NCBI GenBank assembly: GCA_964424585.1
Contig: CAYRJD010000031.1
Coordinates: forward strand, 2,352 to 66,351
Source: an uncultured Acidimicrobiales bacterium
Lineage (GTDB): Bacteria; Actinomycetota; Acidimicrobiia; Acidimicrobiales; Poriferisodalaceae
Direction: 5' to 3'
DNA: 64,000 nucleotides
Shown here: piece by piece, positions 9,257-17,925 of the stretch
Position numbering within the stretch: the stretch's first letter is position 1
How the letters are laid out: each line of letters opens with the position of its first letter
Position numbers and translations under genes: made by a program
Notes under the pieces: model-generated
Database searches by the model: none
What the model saw: only the letters and a program-made list of their open reading frames with translations
What the model was told of the DNA's origin: nothing

Positions 9257-10170
9257 CGCTCCAGGCTCGCACGCGCGAGGCCGAGCCACTCACCCACGTC
9301 TAGCTGCTCTGCGCGGCTGGTGGGGTCGATGCCTGCGGCCGCGAACGCGTCGAGCGTGACGTGTTGGCGCAGCGTGCGTCGCAGCATCTGACGGCGCCGG
9401 CCGAACCCGGCTCGCAGCAAGCGCTTGGCCTGCTGCTCGACGTCGTCGGCTGCTCGCTGGTGGTGGCGGGTCACCCGCACGAGCGCGGAGGTGACCTTCG
9501 GCTGGGGCCAGAACACCGTGGGCGGCACGCGTCCGACGATGTTGGCGTGCGCCTTCAGCGCGACGCGCACCGACACCGCGCCGTAGGCGGGCTGGTTGGC
9601 TCGCGCGACGAGCCGTTGCGCCGCTTCGAGCTGGCACATTACCAGCATTTTGTCGACGGCGGCCACGTCGTCGAGGAAGTCGATCACCAGCGACGTGGCG
9701 ACGTTGTACGGGAGGTTGGAAACCATCGACCAGCCTTCGCTGGCGGTCGGCTGCCAACCCGTGGCATCGAGCGTGGCTGGCCAGTCGAGCGCGCGGGCAT
9801 CTGCGTGGAGCACCTGCACTTCGCCTGACTCGGCGAGAGGTCGGTCGCCGGAGGCTCGTTCGTCGGGTGCTCGCTCCGCCGAGGCTCGGTCGTCGGGTGC
9901 TCGCTGGGCGAGCACCAGCCGCAGGCCGGCGATGAGCTTCGCGTCGGTCTCGACCGCCAGCACCCGGCAGCCGACGTCCAGCAGTCCGAGCGTGAGGCTG
10001 CCCAAGCCCGCGCCTACCTCGACCACTCGCTCGGCGGGTGCCACGTCGGCCAGTCGAACGATCTGGGCGATCGTGTTGGGCTCGACCACGAAGTTCTGCC
10101 CGAGGCTCTTGTTGGGCGACGCGCCCAGCTCGCCGAGCAGCTGCCGAACGCGGGTTTGGCTCAGCGTCAG
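9253..10170 (-). CDS. rsmA: 16S rRNA (adenine1518/1519-N6)-dimethyltransferase RsmA/KsgA
   Basis: KSLGQNFVVEPNTIAQIV and VVEVGAGLGSLTLGLL SAM motif. Only the C-terminal ~305 aa of the 679-aa track ORF are real; upstream it shadows tatD. No ATG/GTG/TTG lies near the N-terminus, so the start (CTG 10170 or 10164) is uncertain. Confidence 0.85.
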   Translation of the reverse strand: MTLSQTRVRQLLGELGASPNKSLGQNFVVEPNTIAQIVRLADVAPAERVVEVGAGLGSLTLGLLDVGCRVLAVETDAKLIAGLRLVLAQRAPDDRASAERAPDERASGDRPLAESGEVQVLHADARALDWPATLDATGWQPTASEGWSMVSNLPYNVATSLVIDFLDDVAAVDKMLVMCQLEAAQRLVARANQPAYGAVSVRVALKAHANIVGRVPPTVFWPQPKVTSALVRVTRHHQRAADDVEQQAKRLLRAGFGRRRQMLRRTLRQHVTLDAFAAAGIDPTSRAEQLDVGEWLGLARASLER

Positions 10171-11051
10171 GCTTGCGTCCCGGCCGCTGGCGCCTCGCGC
10201 GTCGGGAGGTCTGTCGACCCGTCCACGGGCAGTCGAAACAGCGCCGCGGCGTTCGCGGTGGTTTCGCGCGCCGCCTGGGGTGCGTCGATGCTCCGCACCT
10301 GCGCGACCAGCTCGCCGACGAGCGTCACCCAGGCGGGACGGTTGGGCTTGCCTCGGTTCGGAACCGGTGCCAGGAAGGGCGCGTCGGTCTCGACGAGGTA
10401 GCGGTCGGGCGGCGTCAGCGTTGCTGCCTCTCGCACCTCGGGCGCTTTCGGGAACGTGACGATGCCGCTGAACGACAGGCTCGCGCCCGCGTCGAGCGCG
10501 CGGCGCGCTTCGACTGGGCCGCCGGTGAAGCAGTGAAACACGGTGCGCTGCGGGGTACCGACGTCGGCTAGCACGCCGAAGGTGTCGTCCCACGCGTCGC
10601 GGGCGTGGATGACCAGCGCCAGGTCGTGGCGGCCAGCAAGCTCGATCTGCTCGGCGAACGCTGCCAGCTGCTGCGTGCGGGGCGAATGCTCGTAGTGATA
10701 GTCGAGGCCGCACTCCCCCACCGCGACGACCGCGCCCGAGTTTCGTTCGGCTTCGAGCAGCGCGGCGAGCCCCGCGCGCTCTTCTTCCCATCTGCTGGCG
10801 TCGTGCGGGTGCAGCCCGACGGTCGCGGAGACACCGGCCAGCTGCTTGGCCCGCTTCGTCGCCGCGCGGCTGCTCGCGAGGTCGGTGCCGATGTCGATCA
10901 GGTGGGCCACGCCTGCTGCGTGGGCTTGTTGCACCAAGGCGTGAGCGTCTGCGTCTTCGACGTCGTTGTGTCGGCGCGCCGATACGTCGTCGGTCGGCAG
11001 GTGGCAGTGGCTGTCGACCCACACGGCTCGCCGTTGCGCTGGCTCGGTCAC
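10167..11051 (-). CDS. tatD: TatD family metal-dependent hydrolase
   Basis: VWVDSHCHLPTDD N-terminal HxH motif, 294 aa, in the conserved metG-tatD-rsmA order. Confidence 0.9.
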   Translation of the reverse strand: MTEPAQRRAVWVDSHCHLPTDDVSARRHNDVEDADAHALVQQAHAAGVAHLIDIGTDLASSRAATKRAKQLAGVSATVGLHPHDASRWEEERAGLAALLEAERNSGAVVAVGECGLDYHYEHSPRTQQLAAFAEQIELAGRHDLALVIHARDAWDDTFGVLADVGTPQRTVFHCFTGGPVEARRALDAGASLSFSGIVTFPKAPEVREAATLTPPDRYLVETDAPFLAPVPNRGKPNRPAWVTLVGELVAQVRSIDAPQAARETTANAAALFRLPVDGSTDLPTREAPAAGTQA

Positions 11052-12647
11052 CTAGGCGTGCCTCGGAAAGAGCGGGTCGCCCTTGGTGACCGCCACGCCG
11101 CCCGCGTAGCCGCCCCAGCTGGCGGCCTCGGGCAGCGGCTGGTCTTCGGGTCGACCTTGCAGGCCGATGCGCCGCCAGATCTCGGCGGCGGAGTCGGGAA
11201 TGGCCGGCGACACGAGCATCACCACGATGCGAAGTATCTCCAGGCAGTCGCCGATGACCGCGTCGACCTGGGGCCCAGGCTCGAGCTTCCACGGCTCGAC
11301 CGCTTCGAGCGCGGCGTTGGCGTCACGGATGAGCGACCACGCCGCGTCGAGCGCGTCGGAGGGTTGCAGCGCGTCCCACGCTTGCGTGGCGGTCTCCACC
11401 GCCGTCGACGCGGCCAACGCCAGGTCGCTGTCGGATTGGGGGGCTGGGCCCAGTCCGCCGCACTTGCGCTCGACCATCGTCGCGACGCGGCTGAGCAGGT
11501 TGCCCAGGTTGTTGGCGAGGTCGGCGTTGTAGCGGGCGACCATTCCCTCGTATGAGAAGTCGCCGTCGGGGCCGAACGGCTGGTCGTGGAGGAAGTGGTG
11601 GCGCACGCCGTCTCGTCCGAAGTCGTCGACCAGCTCGCCCGGCGCGATCTGGTTGAGCGCGGACTTCGCCATCTTCTCGCCGCCGACCAGCAAGAAGCCG
11701 TGGACGTGAACTCGCTTGGGCGGCAGCACGCCAGCGCTCATCAGCATCGCCGGCCAGTAGACGCAGTGGAAGCGCAGGATGTCTTTGCCGATGAGGTGCG
11801 TGGCCGGCCAGTGCTGGGCGAAGCCGTCGGGGTCGCACTCGTAGCCCGCCGCGGTGATGTAGTTGGTGAGCGCGTCGAACCACACGTAGGTGACGTGCGC
11901 CGGATCCCACGGCAGGGGCACGCCCCACTGGATGGAGGTGCGGCTGATGGAAAAGTCTTCGAGGCCGCCACGAATGAAGCCCAACGCCTCGTTGCGCTTG
12001 GAGGCTGGCAGCACGAAATCTGGGTGCGCCTCGTAGTAGTCGAGCAGCGGCTGTTCGTACTTGCTGAGCGCGAAGAAGTAGTTCTCTTCGGAGACGTGCT
12101 CGACGGGGCGGCGGTGGATGCGGCAGCTGCCGTCGTCGAGTTCGGAGTCGGTGTAGTAGGCCTCACAACTGACGCAGTAGAGGCCTTCGTAGGTGCGCAG
12201 CTCGATGTCGCCGTTGTCGTGGCACGCGGCCAACAGCTTCTTCACCGCCGCGTGGTGGCGGGGCTCGCTCGTGCGGATGAAGTCGTCGTTCGAGATGCCG
12301 AGCGTTTCCCACGCCTGCTGAAATCGCACGACGGTCTGATCTGCCCACTGCTGCGGCGAGCAGCCGTTAGCTTCGGCGGCGCGCTGCACCTTAAGCCCGT
12401 GCTCGTCGGTGCCGGTGAGAAACATCACGTCGTCGCCGCACTGACGACGCCACCGGGCGTAGGCGTCCGCGGTGATGGTCGTGTAGGCGTGACCGATGTG
12501 CGGCGCGTCGTTTACGTAGTAGATGGGCGTGGTGACGTAGGTGCTGGGGCGCTCGTTGCGCTCTGCTGGGCCCTCGGCCGGACGCGTTGCTGAGACCCCT
12601 GCTGAGCCCTCTGCTGAACCGTCTGCTGGGCCGCTTGCCGCCGACAC
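11052..12647 (-). CDS. metG: methionine--tRNA ligase
   Basis: TTPIYYVNDAPHIGHAYTTI (HIGH motif), zinc-knuckle region CVSCEAYY...CRIHRRP, KMAKS (KMSKS motif). Its stop abuts the tatD start. Confidence 0.95.
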   Translation of the reverse strand: MSAASGPADGSAEGSAGVSATRPAEGPAERNERPSTYVTTPIYYVNDAPHIGHAYTTITADAYARWRRQCGDDVMFLTGTDEHGLKVQRAAEANGCSPQQWADQTVVRFQQAWETLGISNDDFIRTSEPRHHAAVKKLLAACHDNGDIELRTYEGLYCVSCEAYYTDSELDDGSCRIHRRPVEHVSEENYFFALSKYEQPLLDYYEAHPDFVLPASKRNEALGFIRGGLEDFSISRTSIQWGVPLPWDPAHVTYVWFDALTNYITAAGYECDPDGFAQHWPATHLIGKDILRFHCVYWPAMLMSAGVLPPKRVHVHGFLLVGGEKMAKSALNQIAPGELVDDFGRDGVRHHFLHDQPFGPDGDFSYEGMVARYNADLANNLGNLLSRVATMVERKCGGLGPAPQSDSDLALAASTAVETATQAWDALQPSDALDAAWSLIRDANAALEAVEPWKLEPGPQVDAVIGDCLEILRIVVMLVSPAIPDSAAEIWRRIGLQGRPEDQPLPEAASWGGYAGGVAVTKGDPLFPRHA

Positions 12648-12751
12648 ACGCCTGAGGCTACCGACGCCCTCCCACGAGGCTGGCCGGCTTCGCGCAGGTC
12701 ACGCAAGAAATCGACTGGCTAATTCGGTTCACCTTTTGCTCAACTAGCGCG

Positions 12752-13276
12752 GTGCTAGCTCACATCGCATTTGACTGGTCAGAACTCGCCGACGCCGCGG
12801 GCAACGTCGCGATCCCCGTCGCCGCCGTCGTCGGCATCGGGTTCGCCCGGTGGCGCAACTACCACGCGAAGCTCGAGAGCTTCAGGCAAGTGCTCATCAC
12901 CAAGGCCGACGCCGCGCAACGTCACCCGCAAGGGCCAACAGCGCTCGACGCTGGCCCGCCACCGGTGCCGCTCTACTTCACGGCGTGGAGGCTCTGGCTC
13001 TGGCTCACGCATCGGCACCTCTACTACGTGCTGTTCGTGCTGCACGACGCGCACGGGCAGAGCACCGCAGTGGTGACGTGGCTGCCCGCGGAGGACATGC
13101 CTGGTGCTGTAGCCGCCGCCTCTGGGTATTGGAAGATTCCGCTCGCGACGGATTTCGAGCACCAGTTCAACGAAGCTCGCGAATGCGCCTGGGTGCTGCC
13201 AGAGCGCTGCACCATCGCCGTCGGACGGCAATGGCTGCCGGGGGCCGCTCGGCGACAACCCGGAATAACCCGCTAG
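12752..13276 (+). CDS. hypothetical protein (one or two predicted TM segments)
   Basis: 174-aa GTG-start ORF with GC-rich third codon positions and a natural W/Y/F/H-containing composition. The overlapping minus ORF 12779-13360 is Arg/Pro/Gly-rich shadow. No family recognised. Confidence 0.5.
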   Translation: MLAHIAFDWSELADAAGNVAIPVAAVVGIGFARWRNYHAKLESFRQVLITKADAAQRHPQGPTALDAGPPPVPLYFTAWRLWLWLTHRHLYYVLFVLHDAHGQSTAVVTWLPAEDMPGAVAAASGYWKIPLATDFEHQFNEARECAWVLPERCTIAVGRQWLPGAARRQPGITR

Positions 13277-13362
13277 TGCCGCGCCGCAGCGAAACGAAAA
13301 CTGGATCATCAACCTCACCGCTAAGGTGAACCAAGGCATACCCTTGTCGCCGGGAGGCACAG

Positions 13363-13587
13363 ATGACTCAGCCAGATGCCAGCGAGCAAGAAGCGAGCCA
13401 ATCAGCTAGGGGCCAATCAGCCAGCGCGCACGAGGCAACCAACCACGCTCACAACGGTCACTGCCCCACTTGCGGCCAGGCCATCAAGTGCCCTACGTGC
13501 GGTCAGGTCATCAAGGACGACACCGCCGCGTCGCAGTGGTTCTTCACGTCTACGGCTCGGTCGCCTATACGGATGGTGTATCGCTAG
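13363..13587 (+). CDS. small zinc-ribbon protein, paralog 1 (HNGHCPTCGQAIKCPTCGQ)
   Basis: 74 aa. GGGAGG Shine-Dalgarno 6 nt upstream of the ATG. Two CPxCG knuckles, a disordered acidic/Ser-rich N-terminus and a basic tail ending MVYR. Paralogous to 13837-14046. Confidence 0.6.
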   Translation: MTQPDASEQEASQSARGQSASAHEATNHAHNGHCPTCGQAIKCPTCGQVIKDDTAASQWFFTSTARSPIRMVYR

Positions 13588-13750
13588 CTGGCGCGTTCGC
13601 GGCGAGACAGGGCGAGGCGGTAGGCGCGGTTGCGCCAGCAGCATCACGACCTCGCCGCGTCCGCTGCCCTCCGCGCTGAACTAACGGGCTAGCTCGCCGA
13701 CGGAGCCCCTGCGCACCTCTTCGTGCAGCTTGGAGATTTCGTCATCCACG
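13565..13750 (-). pseudogene. remnant of the rsmI 3-prime end (duplicated, internally deleted)
   Basis: 13560-13618 aligns by eye with 14036-14097, and 13627-13750 with 14217-14340 (the rsmI C-terminal coding region). About 120-130 nt of rsmI sequence are missing between the two blocks. No ORF is maintained. Confidence 0.55.
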
Positions 13751-13836
13751 AGGCGGCGGCCTGATCGTCGATGCCGTCGCTAAGGTGACGCTAGGTCTGC
13801 TGACGTCGGTCTACGGACGCTGCAAGGAGGCCCCGA

Positions 13837-14046
13837 ATGAAACGACCGGAGTCCAACCAGCCAGGCGACAGCCATTCAGAGGCCGCGCGCGCATCAACCA
13901 GTCACACTCATAACGGACACTGCCCGACATGCGGACAGGCCATCAAGTGCCCCGCATGTGGTCAACGCATAAGCACAGACACCGGCGAGTTGCGGATCAT
14001 CGCACGAAGTTCCAAACAACGACGTAGGCGCTTCGTGTATCGCTAG
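13837..14046 (+). CDS. small zinc-ribbon protein, paralog 2 (HNGHCPTCGQAIKCPACGQ)
   Basis: 69 aa. AAGGAGG 7 nt upstream of the ATG. Same double CPxCG core and FVYR terminus. Its stop TAG (14044-14046) shares CTAG with the rsmI stop. Confidence 0.65.
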   Translation: MKRPESNQPGDSHSEAARASTSHTHNGHCPTCGQAIKCPACGQRISTDTGELRIIARSSKQRRRRFVYR

Positions 14047-14924
14047 CTGGGTCGCTCGCCGCGAGACAGGGCGAGGCGGTATGCGCGGTTGCGGCCGACA
14101 CCGAGCGTCTTGGCGGCTGCGGCGGCGGCGTCTCTCGGGCTGGCTCCGGCTTCGAGGTTGGCGGCGACCTCGGCGACGATTTGGTCGTCGGTCGGCTCGA
14201 GCGTCAACTGCGGCCCGAGCACGATCACGACCTCGCCGCGTGCGCTGCCCTCGGCACTGAACTGACGGGCTAGCTCGTCAACGGCGCCTCTGCGCACCTC
14301 TTCGTGGAGCTTCGAGATTTCGCGAGCGACGACACAGCCGCGCTCAGGGTCGCCGCTTTCGGCGAGGTCGCTGAGCGTCGCGGCGAGCCGATGCGGCGAC
14401 TCAAACAGCACCACCGTGCGCGTCTCACGGGCGAGTTCCGCGAGCTGTGCGGCGCGGGCAGCGCCACGGCGCGCGAGCCAGCCGACGAACACGTGCGGCG
14501 TCGCCGCAAAGCCCGAAACCACCAGCGCGGCTACGTGCGCGCTCGGGCCCGGTATGACCGCCACCCGACAATCCGCCGCCGCGACGGCGGCGACGAGGTG
14601 CTGCCCTGGGTCGGCGAGCGCCGGCATTCCCGCGTCAGACACCAACACGACAGCCCGGCCAGCTTGAACCAACTCGACCACTTCGCCCGACACGTCGGCT
14701 TCGGTCGTCTCGCTCGCAACTAGCAGGCGCGGCACTCCGTCGGTTCGGCTGATGTTCAACAGATCGAGCAGGCGGCCCGTACGTCGGCTGTCTTCACAGC
14801 AGATGACGTCTGCATCGCGCAGGGCCTGGACTGCGCGCGGCGCGATGTCGGCCAGGTTGCCGAGCGGGGTCGCGACGAGCGTGAGCTGGCCCGCGAGGCT
14901 CGGCTGAGGGGGCGCTTCGGTCAC
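14043..14924 (-). CDS. rsmI: 16S rRNA (cytidine1402-2-O)-methyltransferase RsmI
   Basis: LTLVATPLGNLADIAPRAVQALRDADVICCEDSRRTGRLL tetrapyrrole-methylase-fold N-terminus, 293 aa. Confidence 0.9.
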   Translation of the reverse strand: MTEAPPQPSLAGQLTLVATPLGNLADIAPRAVQALRDADVICCEDSRRTGRLLDLLNISRTDGVPRLLVASETTEADVSGEVVELVQAGRAVVLVSDAGMPALADPGQHLVAAVAAADCRVAVIPGPSAHVAALVVSGFAATPHVFVGWLARRGAARAAQLAELARETRTVVLFESPHRLAATLSDLAESGDPERGCVVAREISKLHEEVRRGAVDELARQFSAEGSARGEVVIVLGPQLTLEPTDDQIVAEVAANLEAGASPRDAAAAAAKTLGVGRNRAYRLALSRGERPS

Positions 14925-15388
14925 GCCTCTTCGGCCGAGCCGGCCGATGGGTGGGTGGGTGCGTCGTCGGCCGTGCCGGCCGAGTCGTCGGCAGGACCAG
15001 CTGCGCGCACCTGCACCTCGCTGTCGACGCTCAAGCCCCAGCGTGCGAACGATCCGGCGGTCGCCTCAAGCACCGCGCAGCAGGTAAGCCTCGGCCGCCC
15101 CAGACGCCACGGCCGGTACGTCGCGACAGACGCGACGTCGAACGTCGCGTCGCTGCCGTCCAGCAGCCGACGCAGCTGGTTGTCTGCTGAGGCTTCGCCC
15201 GCGGGCTGACGGAGGTAGGCGACGTCGATCGCGAAGCGCATTCGGGCGGTGTGAATCCATCTGGCGGGCGCGAGCAGCAGCGCTCCCTGATGCTCGGTGC
15301 GACCCATCAGGCCGCGCCGTCTCGACGACCGCGTCACGGCGACCTCGACGCTGGCCATCACGTTGTTGTCTTGCACGAGCCATGCCAC
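14921..15388 (-). CDS. DUF192 domain protein
   Basis: RRRGLMGRTEHQGALLLAPARWIHTARMRFAIDVAYL matches the DUF192/COG1430 pattern. Its stop overlaps the rsmI start (GTGA). Confidence 0.7.
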   Translation of the reverse strand: MAWLVQDNNVMASVEVAVTRSSRRRGLMGRTEHQGALLLAPARWIHTARMRFAIDVAYLRQPAGEASADNQLRRLLDGSDATFDVASVATYRPWRLGRPRLTCCAVLEATAGSFARWGLSVDSEVQVRAAGPADDSAGTADDAPTHPSAGSAEEA

Positions 15389-15496
15389 GACGTGATTGTT
15401 GCGCGCGCAGCGATGATTTGACGAGGAGTTTTTCTTGGCCAGAGCGAAACGCAGGCAACACTGCTCTCATGGCCAACTCCACCGAGCCCCCTAATT

Positions 15497-15535
15497 GATC
15501 TAGCCCGCTGATCTAGCCCGCTGATCTAGCTCGCT
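15497..15535. repeat. 13-nt tandem repeat x3 (GATCTAGCCCGCT)
   Basis: 15497-15509 and 15510-15522 are identical. 15523-15535 has one mismatch (GATCTAGCTCGCT). The repeat lies in the ychF/DUF192 intergenic region. Confidence 0.9.
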
Positions 15536-15551
15536 GTGCTGGCGACGAGAC

Positions 15552-16658
15552 CTAGGCGTTGAAGCGGAACTCCATGACGTCGCCGTCGGCGGCCACGTAA
15601 TCCTTGCCTTCGCTGCGCACCTGGCCCAGCTCGCGGGCGCGCTGCCAGCTGCCGGCAGCCAGCAGCTGCTCGTGGCCGATCACGTCGGCCTTGATGAACC
15701 CGCGCTCCATGTCGGTGTGGATGCGACCCGCGCACTTCGGGGCGGTCCAACCCTGCTTGAACGTCCACGCCCGCGACTCCTTTTCGCCGGTCGTGAGGAA
15801 CGTGCGCAGGCCCAACAATCCGTGCGCGGTGGCGATGAACCGCGCCAGCGCGCCCTCGCCAAGCCCGAGGCCTTCCAGCATCTCGCCGCGCTCGTCGTCG
15901 TCGAGCTGAGCGGCTTCGGCTTCGAGCTGCACGCACAGCGGCAGCACCGCCACGTCGCCCAGCTCGGCCGCTATCCCGGCCGCCAGCTCGGACGCGCTCT
16001 CGATTTGGTCTTCGCCGAGGTTCAGCACCGCCATCACCGGCTTGTCGGTGAGCAGGAAGTGCTCTCGCAGCGCGACGGTGCGGGCGGCGTCGGTGGCGGG
16101 CGCGCCGGGGCCGTGCTGCCAAGCTCGGTACAGCGGCGTGCCCGCAGCCAGATGAACGTGCGCGGCTTCGAGCGCTTCGACCTCAGCGGCGATCTCTGCG
16201 TCGTTCGGTTCGGCGCGCGCCGCTTTGCGGCGACGGTCGATGCGTCCTTCGATGGTCTCGAGGTCGGCCAGCGCGAGCTCGACTTCGACGACCCGCAGGT
16301 GCTCCAGCGGGTCGCCGACGCCCGGCACGTCGTCTGCCGCGAACGCTCGCAGCACCAGCACGATGGCCTCGACCTCGCGAATGCCAGCGAGGAACTTGTT
16401 GCCCAAACCCTCCCCCGCGCTGGCGCCCTCGACCAACCCGCCGATGTCGACGAACTGGGTGGTGGCAGCCACGACCTTGGCGCTGTTGCTCATCTCCGCC
16501 AGCGCGTCGAGCCGCCCGTCGGGCACCTTGACCACGCCGACGTTCGGGTCGGTGGTCGCGAACGCGTACGGTGCCGCCAATGCTCCGCCGCCGACCAGCG
16601 CGTTAAAGAGGGACGACTTGCCAGCGTTGGGCAGTCCGACAAATCCGAAACGCTCCAC
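15552..16658 (-). CDS. ychF: redox-regulated ribosome-binding ATPase YchF
   Basis: FGFVGLPNAGKSSLFNALV P-loop and the C-terminal TGS-like GFIKADVI...DGDVMEFRFN. The likely start is GTG 16658 (VERFGFVG); the track start 16706 adds 16 atypical residues. Confidence 0.9.
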   Translation of the reverse strand: MERFGFVGLPNAGKSSLFNALVGGGALAAPYAFATTDPNVGVVKVPDGRLDALAEMSNSAKVVAATTQFVDIGGLVEGASAGEGLGNKFLAGIREVEAIVLVLRAFAADDVPGVGDPLEHLRVVEVELALADLETIEGRIDRRRKAARAEPNDAEIAAEVEALEAAHVHLAAGTPLYRAWQHGPGAPATDAARTVALREHFLLTDKPVMAVLNLGEDQIESASELAAGIAAELGDVAVLPLCVQLEAEAAQLDDDERGEMLEGLGLGEGALARFIATAHGLLGLRTFLTTGEKESRAWTFKQGWTAPKCAGRIHTDMERGFIKADVIGHEQLLAAGSWQRARELGQVRSEGKDYVAADGDVMEFRFNA

Positions 16659-16741
16659 AGCGACAAGCGAGGGTAGCTGCGCGCGTGCGAGACTGCGGAC
16701 GATCACCTGACACAGATCACCTCACAGACAAGGAGCAACCC

Positions 16742-17896
16742 ATGGGAGCACCAACCGCCGGACCGCTGGCAGGCATCAAAGTCATTGAGCTAGCCGGGAT
16801 CGGCCCCGGGCCGTTCTGCGCGATGCTGCTGGCCGACCTGGGCGCGGACGTGATCCGCATCGACCGCACGCAAACCGAAGACCTAGGCATCGATTCGGGC
16901 CGCAAGTTCAACGTGCTGAACCGCAACCGTCGTTCGGTCGCGGTCGACCTCAAGTCGCCCGACGGCGTCGAGACCGTGCTCAAGCTGGTCGAGCGAGCCG
17001 ACGTGCTGATGGAGGGCTTCCGTCCCGGCGTGACCGAGCGCCTGGGCTTGGGCCCCGACGACTGCTTGACGCGCAACCCGAGGCTCGTCTACGGGCGGAT
17101 GACCGGCTGGGGCCAGCACGGCACGATCGCGCACTCGGCCGGGCACGACATCAACTACATCGCGCTCGCTGGCGCGCTCGGCGCCATCGGTCCCAAGAGC
17201 AAACCCAGCCCGCCGCTCAACCTGATCGGCGACTTCGGCGGCGGTGGGATGTACCTGGCGTTCGGCATCTGCGCCGCGCTGTTGGAGGCGCAACGCTCTG
17301 GTCAAGGCCAGGTCATCGACGCTGCCATGACCGACGGCACCGCGTCGCTGATGGCGGCGATCTACGGGATGCACGGCGCGGGCGCGTGGACGGACGCCCG
17401 AGAGAGCAACTTCCTAGACGGCGGCGCCTACTACTACGGCGTCTTTGAGACCAAAGACCACAAGTTCGTTTCGATCGGCTCGATAGAGGGCAAGTTCCAC
17501 GACGAGCTGCTGACCCTCGTCGGCCTCGACGACGCGCCGACGGTCGACCGCAACGACCGGGCCGCGTGGGACGACAAGCGAGACCGCGTCGCGGCGATCA
17601 TCGCGACGAAGACGCGCGACGAATGGGACGACATCATGCTGGGCAGCGACGTGTGCTACGCGCCGGTGCTCAGCCTCGAAGAAGCACCCAAGCACCCGCA
17701 CAACGTCGCGCGCAGCACGTTCATCGAGGTCGAGGGCGTCACCCAGCCTGCGCCCGCGCCGAGGTTCAGCCGAACGCCCGGCGAAGTGCGCAGCGGGCCC
17801 GTCTCCGCCGGACAGCACACCGACGAAGCGCTCGCCGACTGGGGCTTCGACGCCGACGACATCACCAAGCTGCGCGACGTAGGCGCCATCGCCTAG
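16742..17896 (+). CDS. family III CoA-transferase, alpha-methylacyl-CoA racemase-like
   Basis: MGAPTAGPLAGIKVIELAGIGPGPFCAMLLADLGADVIRIDR and GHDINYIALAGAL (MCR-type His/Asp motif). AAGGAG lies upstream of ATG 16742. Confidence 0.85.
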   Translation: MGAPTAGPLAGIKVIELAGIGPGPFCAMLLADLGADVIRIDRTQTEDLGIDSGRKFNVLNRNRRSVAVDLKSPDGVETVLKLVERADVLMEGFRPGVTERLGLGPDDCLTRNPRLVYGRMTGWGQHGTIAHSAGHDINYIALAGALGAIGPKSKPSPPLNLIGDFGGGGMYLAFGICAALLEAQRSGQGQVIDAAMTDGTASLMAAIYGMHGAGAWTDARESNFLDGGAYYYGVFETKDHKFVSIGSIEGKFHDELLTLVGLDDAPTVDRNDRAAWDDKRDRVAAIIATKTRDEWDDIMLGSDVCYAPVLSLEEAPKHPHNVARSTFIEVEGVTQPAPAPRFSRTPGEVRSGPVSAGQHTDEALADWGFDADDITKLRDVGAIA

Positions 17897-17925
17897 CCGC
17901 TCGCGCCGGTAGCGTTGCCGTCGCT

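Noticed and set aside
9253-11292. 679-aa ORF that looks like a large fusion protein
   Set aside because: Only the C-terminal ~305 aa (RsmA) look like protein. The N-terminal part is an out-of-frame overlap of tatD and the metG 3-prime end, with extreme Arg/Pro/Gly content.
13363-14046. H-x3-C-x2-C in the small zinc-ribbon proteins, read as a ZAS anti-sigma factor
   Set aside because: The proteins are only 69-74 aa, lack the upstream ligand and helical anti-sigma domain, and have no adjacent ECF sigma gene. A simple double-knuckle zinc ribbon is the safer reading.
15497-15535. Possible CRISPR array
   Set aside because: There are only three directly abutting 13-nt units with no spacers. No cas genes or repeat-spacer periodicity occur anywhere in the window.
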